IMG/VR virus record: IMGVR_UViG_3300030372_001385
Location: 1-34,536 of that record
DNA length: 34,536 nt
Strand: one strand, 5' to 3'
DNA from: a virus
Taxonomy: Duplodnaviria; Caudoviricetes
Every line of letters begins with the position of its first letter. The stretch's first letter is position 1. This document shows, in pieces, positions 1-6,704 of this stretch. Both the position numbers and the translations under genes were made by a program. Under the pieces are notes generated by a model, which was not told where the DNA came from, did no database searches, and saw only the letters and a list, made by a program, of their open reading frames with translations.

Positions 1-162
1 TTCTTGATTGTTTATCATCATGGTTATAGTATGAAGGATTATATATAAATGTCAATAAGATATACACAAATTGTTTTACCCTTTGTTTATAAGGGTTCTC
101 GGGTCGATTTTTTTAATTATATGAATATTCCAGTATAGGGTTCTTTTTTTTCTTCAATTATA
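1..162. repeat. Terminal direct repeat / circular assembly overlap (left copy)
   Basis: 1..162 matches 34375..34536 except positions 23-24 (GT here, AG at 34397-34398). The overlap contains the 3' end of the glycosyltransferase gene and the amidoligase promoter. Confidence 0.95.
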
Positions 163-2966
163 TTTTTTAGATATTTCATAAAATCTTCCGAAGTTTCGAA
201 TCTGCATACAGTATCTTGGACATCTGGTTGTATTTGATGTTGTCCAATATTGATATTAAATCTATATTCTAAACCTTTTCCAAGTTGCATTAATGCTTCA
301 GAATAAAACAATAATGCTTCTGCATTATAATTACTAGGTTTTTCTAAAAAAGAATCTTTATATATTTCTATTGCTTTTTCCAAACATTCTATTGCTTTTG
401 GTGTTAATTGATTTTGATTCTGTTCTTTTTCATATCTTGCAATATGGCAATAATCTCTCAGCATCAAGAATCTTGTTAAAAGTCTATTTGGATGTAATTC
501 AAATTCTTTAAACATTAAATTTATATTTCTTGCGAATCTTCCCCTTCTTCTATTCTCGGAAAAATATCCATCATGTGCTATATTCACATCTCCAAGTAAT
601 GTACTGATTCCAACTCCATCATTCATTTGTCCTTCAACTTCTGGATGTTCATGCACAAAGCCATAAAATACTATTGAGCGATTATTTCTAAACAATCTAA
701 TTGGTGTATCTATTTTGGTATCTCCAGCATCAACTGCAAAATGGTGTTGTTTGATGGAATATCCTGCAAATATATTTGGTCGTAAATATTTATAGATATG
801 ATTTGTATCTAACAATTCTTCATCAGCATCTAACCATAAAACCCAGTCAGATTTAGCATATTTGATTGATTCATTTCTTGCTTTATCAAAGCCAATTTCT
901 AATGGTGATTCACCATTTATTATTTTTGCATTATATTGTTTAGCTATTTCTAATGTAGAATCTGTTGAACCTGTATCATTTATTATTAATTCATCTGCAA
1001 TTGGTCTTATAGATTTTAAACATCTATGCAACATATTTTCTTCATTCTTAACTATCATACAAACAGAAACAGTTTCTCTTGGATTCTGTATCACTAATTT
1101 TCTTTTTATATCTACTGGATATACTGGTTTGTTATCATGAATATAAGTTATAACCCACCAACCTAATTGTTGTTGTTTATCCATATTTATTCCACCTGAA
1201 ACCATTTTAATTTGCAGGTCTTTTTTATCTTTAAACATTTCTGCTAAATCATATCTTTCATAATTCCATAGATGTGCATATCTTTTATCTTCCCATAATC
1301 CAAATGGCACAGTTATAACAACAATTGTATCTTTCTTAAATACTTTATCGAATTGCTTTATAAATTCATCTGGGTTTGGTTGATGTTCTAATATTTCGCC
1401 AAAAAATGCCATATCATAATGCCCATTTAAACAATCAACATCATGCCCTATTATCTGATTGACTTCACCCCTTTTAAGATATTTTTCAATCATCTTTTCC
1501 CCTAATTCTGTTTCAGCATCTGATATATTTACAGAATCTATTTCAGCATCAAATAAATTAGCTAATTGTATTGATTCATTACAGATGCCACTTGCAAAAT
1601 CTAATATTCTGGGCTTATCTTTTTTATTTAGGGTTTTAAAATCTTCTAATGCTAGATTTGTTCTTGCATAATTTCTTAATTCTATATTTTGTTCCACTTC
1701 TGCATATTCTTGTCCTAATTCGATATATTTGGCTCTATAATCATGTTTTGATTCAATATATGAATAATTTTTTAAAACCTCTGTATACCCATTTAAATCT
1801 GCTCTAGCAACCTGTTTTAAAGCCATTATATCTTCTCTTTCTAATAGATGTCTACATAATCTGTTTTTATTCATAGTTTTTTCATGAAAGATTTTCATAA
1901 ATAGATTTTCCCAATCTTTTGCCATTTCATCCCAACGATATTGCTTTGCTTTTTCAAAACCCTTTTTTTGCATTTCTTTTATTCTTTCTGGGTCATTTAA
2001 TAAATTTAATGTCTGTTCAACAAAAACATCATTATATTCTGGTTCATTTTTATAATCGCCATAAATTAAAATATTGCCTTCATTACATAAAGTTTCTGGT
2101 AATGCACCAATATGTGAAGTAATCATGGGTATTCCACACATCTGTGATTCCATAGCAGTTATACAACTTGTTTCGTGAAATGCAGTTGGGTAAACATATA
2201 ATGTTGCAGTTTTATATAATTCATATAATTCATTTTTATTTAATGCCCCTAAATGTGCAATCTTACGACCTTGCTGTTGATATTCTGCAATCTTAGCAAA
2301 ACATGAATTATAAAATTGTTCCATATTAGGATGTGTATTATCATAACCTGCTAAACATAATTCTATTTCTGGGTCTTTCTCCCATAATTTTGGCATTATA
2401 TGAAATAATAAATTGTCCATTCCTCTTTCTGGTCTATTTGTATAAACAAGTCTTTTTGCTTGTCTTTTAGAATTATCTGGTTGTGGTATTAAGTTAATAC
2501 CATTTCTAGTTTTATAAAATAAATCATCACAATCTATTTGATAAATATCTTTATATTGTTGTATTTGCCAATCGCTTAAACAAAATATTTTATCAAGATT
2601 CCATAATGAGCCATGAAATTCTTTCCTTTGTTGTTTTAAAGCCACATCATGTTGCCATAATATATTTATTTTTGATTGTAATTTAGCTCTAAATACTTCT
2701 GGTATTCTTTGCCCAATTAATACATCATGTGGACATGAAGTTGCATATGCTTGAAAATCTTGCATAGGCAGATATTGCACACCTTTATATTTTTTAGTTT
2801 CTTTTGTATTACAGAATAATAAGACATGATGTCCTAATTTTGCTAATTCATGTGCCATTGATATTCCAGCAGTTTCACTTCCACCCAATGATTTTTCTTT
2901 TAAAGTTTCTGGATTCACTTCCATACCAGCACAAAATATAGTTATATCTAACTTATGTTTTTCCAA
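117..2966 (-). CDS. Multidomain glycosyltransferase: GT4 (GT-B) + class I SAM methyltransferase-like + GT2 (GT-A) + helical C-terminal tail
   Basis: GT4 motifs LGGSETAGISMAHELAKLGH, YTNRPERG and YPTAFHETSCITAMESQMCG. MTase-like ILDFASG, YDMAFFGEILEH and VITVP. GT2 motifs SVCMIVKNEE, DTGSTD, WLDADE and IAHDGY. TTG start preceded by GAGG. Confidence 0.9.
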   Translation of the reverse strand: MEKHKLDITIFCAGMEVNPETLKEKSLGGSETAGISMAHELAKLGHHVLLFCNTKETKKYKGVQYLPMQDFQAYATSCPHDVLIGQRIPEVFRAKLQSKINILWQHDVALKQQRKEFHGSLWNLDKIFCLSDWQIQQYKDIYQIDCDDLFYKTRNGINLIPQPDNSKRQAKRLVYTNRPERGMDNLLFHIMPKLWEKDPEIELCLAGYDNTHPNMEQFYNSCFAKIAEYQQQGRKIAHLGALNKNELYELYKTATLYVYPTAFHETSCITAMESQMCGIPMITSHIGALPETLCNEGNILIYGDYKNEPEYNDVFVEQTLNLLNDPERIKEMQKKGFEKAKQYRWDEMAKDWENLFMKIFHEKTMNKNRLCRHLLEREDIMALKQVARADLNGYTEVLKNYSYIESKHDYRAKYIELGQEYAEVEQNIELRNYARTNLALEDFKTLNKKDKPRILDFASGICNESIQLANLFDAEIDSVNISDAETELGEKMIEKYLKRGEVNQIIGHDVDCLNGHYDMAFFGEILEHQPNPDEFIKQFDKVFKKDTIVVITVPFGLWEDKRYAHLWNYERYDLAEMFKDKKDLQIKMVSGGINMDKQQQLGWWVITYIHDNKPVYPVDIKRKLVIQNPRETVSVCMIVKNEENMLHRCLKSIRPIADELIINDTGSTDSTLEIAKQYNAKIINGESPLEIGFDKARNESIKYAKSDWVLWLDADEELLDTNHIYKYLRPNIFAGYSIKQHHFAVDAGDTKIDTPIRLFRNNRSIVFYGFVHEHPEVEGQMNDGVGISTLLGDVNIAHDGYFSENRRRGRFARNINLMFKEFELHPNRLLTRFLMLRDYCHIARYEKEQNQNQLTPKAIECLEKAIEIYKDSFLEKPSNYNAEALLFYSEALMQLGKGLEYRFNINIGQHQIQPDVQDTVCRFETSEDFMKYLKNIIEEKKEPYTGIFI

Positions 2967-3478
2967 TTTTTACCTCTCTTTATATCATTTATTGTTTTAG
3001 GAGCAACATTATATTCTCTCGCCAAACGAGATTGCACACCCCATGATGTATCTTCTTTTAAAATTCTTTTTATTCTTCTTATAGATTGTAATTTTAATTT
3101 TCTTGCAACATTTTTTTCTGATGTCCACCATTGTTTATTTGTTCCATGTTTTTTCATATCTAAAACATTTTCACTTGGTGTTGCCCATTTTAGATTTGTC
3201 CAATGATTATTTTGATTATTACCATCTTTATGACAAGCATATTTTTTTTCTTTGGTTCTTCCTCGCACAAATGCTTCTGCAACCAATCTATGTACTTTTG
3301 CTTTTATATATTTTTTATTTGGATATAAAGTAACTGACATATAACCATTTTTATCTGGGTTCTGTGCCAATATTCTAAAATGTTGTCCTTTATAAAGTTT
3401 TAAGGATTTTACTCTACCTTTATCGGATACTAAATAATCTGGATATTGCGTTGGTCGCCACCTTTCTATGTTACTCAT
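2948..3478 (-). CDS. NUMOD4-HNH homing endonuclease
   Basis: N-terminal ERWRP..YPDYLVSDKGRVKS (NUMOD4). VHRLVAEAF...HKDGNNQNNHWTNLKWATPSEN (HNH). C-terminal HTH-like LAREYNVAPKTINDIK. Confidence 0.9.
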   Translation of the reverse strand: MSNIERWRPTQYPDYLVSDKGRVKSLKLYKGQHFRILAQNPDKNGYMSVTLYPNKKYIKAKVHRLVAEAFVRGRTKEKKYACHKDGNNQNNHWTNLKWATPSENVLDMKKHGTNKQWWTSEKNVARKLKLQSIRRIKRILKEDTSWGVQSRLAREYNVAPKTINDIKRGKNWKNIS

Positions 3479-3649
3479 GGTAATCAGTAAAGAGTAGTGC
3501 TAATCTCTTAGCTTTCTTCGTTATCTAAACAATTTTAGAATCTCTTTACATCAATAATATAATACATATTTAGTAAAATGACAATTCTTTTTCTGTTTAG
3601 CTTTATCAGTTTTATATTTTTTAAGTGATGCTGATACTACATCAGTTAC

Positions 3650-3678
3650 AAAGGGGGTTAACTTAATAACCCCACTTT
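3650..3678 (-). terminator. Hairpin, putative terminator after the major capsid gene
   Basis: GGGGTTA-TTAAGT-TAACCCC stem followed by CTTTGT on the minus strand. The U tract is short. Confidence 0.55.
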
Positions 3679-3692
3679 GATTTTGCATTGGT

Positions 3693-4640
3693 TTAAGCAC
3701 AGTCTTTAAGGACATATCCTAAATCTTTTGCAGTGATTTTTTCATCTTGATAATATTGAACTCTCAAGTTTGTAAAGTTTCTGTGGTCTGGGTCATCCCA
3801 ACTTTCGACTGCCATTGGCGAACCGAATAATGGGTTAGTCCATCTAAAACCATACATAAGTGAAGGGTTTTTACCATCTGTTTCTGGTTGTGCAAAATGA
3901 GCAATAATTGTGTCATCACCCCATACATCTGAGAAACTATCTGCTAGATTTTCTTCGCCTGTATTTATGATTGAATTACCAACATAAACATTTGGTATAT
4001 CAAATAAAGATGCAAGTAAATCTGCTGTTACAACACCTCTTTGCACATATTTGATTCTATCTAAAATATCTGCATGGCGAACTAAAGCATTATATGCTTC
4101 TCTACCGATAATCATTGTATTAGCATCATAACCAGTTTGACTTCTGATTGTATTTTTAGCTAATGCAATATCTCCAAATGGGTCGGATGTTCCTGCTGTG
4201 GATGAACTCCATTTTGATGCAACTGTTGAACCAGAACCCATATTAGAAACACTTCTTGTTTGTGAAGCAATTCTATTTTCCATATCTAACATTAAAAGGT
4301 TAACAAGATTTCTTGCTCCTTTCTCTTTTAGTTTTAATGGGTCATCTTGGTTAACTAAAGTTTCAAAATCCATTTCATCAACTAAAGCATAGTTAGTTGC
4401 ATAATATGATTCTGAACTTACATTAAAATGTGTTGTTCTTCCTTTAGTCTTTGGTGCTCTTTCAGTAGAACTTGGAATTCTAAAGAAATCGCCTTTTTCA
4501 TATTTGAAATACAAATCGCTTTGTTTATTAACATTAACGATTGGTAAAAAGTTTTGTACTATTGTCCCTTGAGGTTCGAATCCAACTACTAAATTGGATA
4601 ACGGTCTATCAATATGGACATCTCTTGCTGTTATTGGCAT
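3693..4640 (-). CDS. Major capsid protein
   Basis: 315 aa, directly after scaffold and decoration genes. N-terminal HIDRPLSNL. Strong AGGAG RBS. Confidence 0.85.
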   Translation of the reverse strand: MPITARDVHIDRPLSNLVVGFEPQGTIVQNFLPIVNVNKQSDLYFKYEKGDFFRIPSSTERAPKTKGRTTHFNVSSESYYATNYALVDEMDFETLVNQDDPLKLKEKGARNLVNLLMLDMENRIASQTRSVSNMGSGSTVASKWSSSTAGTSDPFGDIALAKNTIRSQTGYDANTMIIGREAYNALVRHADILDRIKYVQRGVVTADLLASLFDIPNVYVGNSIINTGEENLADSFSDVWGDDTIIAHFAQPETDGKNPSLMYGFRWTNPLFGSPMAVESWDDPDHRNFTNLRVQYYQDEKITAKDLGYVLKDCA

Positions 4641-4662
4641 ATTAAATCTCCTTTAATTTTTA

Positions 4663-5022
4663 TTATCCTCTAAAACCATTATGTTGAATTAACAATTGGA
4701 AGTTACTACCAGATGCACAACCTGTGATTGCTTTACCTAGCATATATTGTCCAGAAGCAACAGCAGTTGCAGTACCACTTGCAGTAACAGTTATGAAACT
4801 ACCAGCAGTAATTGTAGCACCTGCAAAGCATCTTGTTAATCCAGCAACAACGACAGTAGCATTTTCGCCAGATTTTGGTTTGTTATCTAGAACTCCTAAT
4901 ACACCTGTTCCTGCGGCAACTCTTAGTTTAACTCCGTTTGCATCATGAACATTTAAAATTTTATATTGGGCATCTGATAAATCTTCTCTAGCGACCATTG
5001 ATATATATGTTTTTTGTGACAT
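4663..5022 (-). CDS. Capsid decoration/cement protein (DUF2190-like)
   Basis: Small Gly/Ala/Thr-rich protein (GVLGVL..KP.SGE.ATV...G; AGATITAG) between scaffold and capsid genes. Confidence 0.8.
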   Translation of the reverse strand: MSQKTYISMVAREDLSDAQYKILNVHDANGVKLRVAAGTGVLGVLDNKPKSGENATVVVAGLTRCFAGATITAGSFITVTASGTATAVASGQYMLGKAITGCASGSNFQLLIQHNGFRG

Positions 5023-5041
5023 TGTTTCCTATCTCCTGTTT

Positions 5042-6529
5042 TTATTGTTGATTATAATAATCTGTTTTTAATTGTTCATCTTCTTTAAGAACTAATTCCA
5101 TTGCTTCTGAAGGGCTTTTAGCTTTACCTTTCTGTTGATAAAGTTCCATTCTTCTTGCGACTTCATCACCAGCATTTGTGTAAGGTTGTCTATCAACGAT
5201 ATACTCGCCATCTACACTTACTTCTGCAAAGTTAATTAATTCTGGTAGAGATGATACTATTTTTTCTACTAAATCGATTTGTGAAAGTTCAACCTTATTT
5301 TCTTCTTTAGTATAAGAGTAGACTTTTTCTTCGGTAGCAGAACTTAATAATGCTGTTATTTCATTTTCAAAAGAAGGTAAGATTCTTCCTGCTTCTTTCT
5401 GTGATGAAACAAATTTAGAAATTCTTGCATCTTTTTGTTTGCTTTTCATTTCTTCTAATTCAGCATTGGCTTTTTGGCATTGTTCTTCAAGTGCTTTATT
5501 GCGACTTTGAAGCTCTTGATATTCTTTTGTGATATCAGTTTCCATAAGCTCACTCTCCTTTCCAGTATAGTGTTTTTTTACTTCGCCAGTTCCAGTATCT
5601 TTACTATATAAACCTTCAATTGCTTCAAGGTTAGTAACTGCAGGGATTTCTGAACCAAGTAAGGCAACGGCTTTCAGTACTCTATCAAGTACAGAACCAT
5701 TGTTTTTGTAATTCCAATAAATTTCGGAACTTACTCTTTTATAATTTCCTCTTTTCATAGCTTCATAAACTTTTTTAGGTAGCTCTTTGAAGTCTGCTAA
5801 GAGTTTATTTCCATTCATATAAATTTTATCAACATATCCTAATGCAGGTTCTCCATCTTTCATTTCTGGTTGTTCTTCATTATGTCCTAATTTTAAAGGT
5901 GGTTCAAAACCAGTTTTATCAAAATTAGTAATCATGCCTTCTAAATCTTTTTTAGTGTATTTATCACCATTCCAAACACCAGTAGAAAAAATTTCTACAC
6001 CATTTATGTTAAATGTTTGTTCTAATTCATGATTTTTAACATCATTGCAAGTATCATCACAAACTTCTAGTTCTTCTTCACAATCGCAATCTTCGCCTTG
6101 TGAATTTTTCTTTTCCTTTTCCTCATCTTCCATTTTCTCTTCTTTATCTTCTTCTTCCATTTTCTCTTCTTTGTCTTTATCTTGCATTTCTTTTTCTTTT
6201 TCTTTGTCTTCCATTTCTTTTTCTTTTTCTTTGTCCATCATGTCTTTATCATCTTCATCTTTATTATCTTTTTCCATTTCTTCTTTTGCTTTTAAATATT
6301 CATCATGAGATGCACCCGGCATATAAAAAATGGTTTCTTTCCCATCAATTAAATGAACATGAGTATGGCTACCTTCTAATCCCATTCTAGGAGCATTTTT
6401 CTCTGCTTCTTCTTTAGATGTATATAAATCATCTTTAGCATATTTTTCTTTATGTTCATTATCCTTTTCTTCGTGGTCTGGATAATGTTCCATTTCTTTT
6501 TCTTTATTGTTTCCGTGTTGTCCCGGCAT
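5042..6529 (-). CDS. Prohead protease/scaffold (Mu gpI-like) with charged N-terminal extension
   Basis: VEIFSTG.W, PPLKLGH, PALGYV, YKRVSSEI and VALLG..IPAV..L motifs, then a coiled-coil C-terminus. Confidence 0.8.
   Translation of the reverse strand: MPGQHGNNKEKEMEHYPDHEEKDNEHKEKYAKDDLYTSKEEAEKNAPRMGLEGSHTHVHLIDGKETIFYMPGASHDEYLKAKEEMEKDNKDEDDKDMMDKEKEKEMEDKEKEKEMQDKDKEEKMEEEDKEEKMEDEEKEKKNSQGEDCDCEEELEVCDDTCNDVKNHELEQTFNINGVEIFSTGVWNGDKYTKKDLEGMITNFDKTGFEPPLKLGHNEEQPEMKDGEPALGYVDKIYMNGNKLLADFKELPKKVYEAMKRGNYKRVSSEIYWNYKNNGSVLDRVLKAVALLGSEIPAVTNLEAIEGLYSKDTGTGEVKKHYTGKESELMETDITKEYQELQSRNKALEEQCQKANAELEEMKSKQKDARISKFVSSQKEAGRILPSFENEITALLSSATEEKVYSYTKEENKVELSQIDLVEKIVSSLPELINFAEVSVDGEYIVDRQPYTNAGDEVARRMELYQQKGKAKSPSEAMELVLKEDEQLKTDYYNQQ
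6110..6275 (-). repeat. Low-complexity coding tandem repeats (about 24-27 nt, DKEKEKEM-like units)
   Basis: MMDKEKEKE MEDKEKEKE MQDKDKEEK MEEEDKEEK MEDEEKEKK in the scaffold translation. Confidence 0.8.
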
Positions 6530-6531
6530 TT

Positions 6532-6651
6532 TTACACCTCATTTATTTTACGGCATCTTGGACATTTTATTTCACAAGCCAAAATACCTTTTGTGTTTAT
6601 TTTAGCTAATAGTTTGCCACAATGCAAACATCTCAGCTCATTTATATTCAT
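6532..6651 (-). CDS. Mu Com-like zinc-ribbon protein, 39 aa (not in the ORF track)
   Basis: Hand translation MNINELRCLHCGKLLAKINTKGILACEIKCPRCRKINEV shows the RCxxCxKLL...EIKCPRC signature. Its last codons carry the GAGGTG RBS of the protease gene. Confidence 0.85.
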   Translation of the reverse strand: MNINELRCLHCGKLLAKINTKGILACEIKCPRCRKINEV

Positions 6652-6704
6652 AGATTTTATAAATGCTTTTGCTTGTTCTAAATTCTGTATTGAATTAATA
6701 GCTG

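Noticed and set aside
3551-3688. 45-aa minus-strand ORF after the capsid gene (MQNQSGVIKLTPF...)
   Set aside because: No RBS or motif, and it runs through a terminator-like hairpin and a promoter candidate.
2948-3692. Group I intron around the HNH gene
   Set aside because: Both flanking genes look intact and I see no intron core elements.
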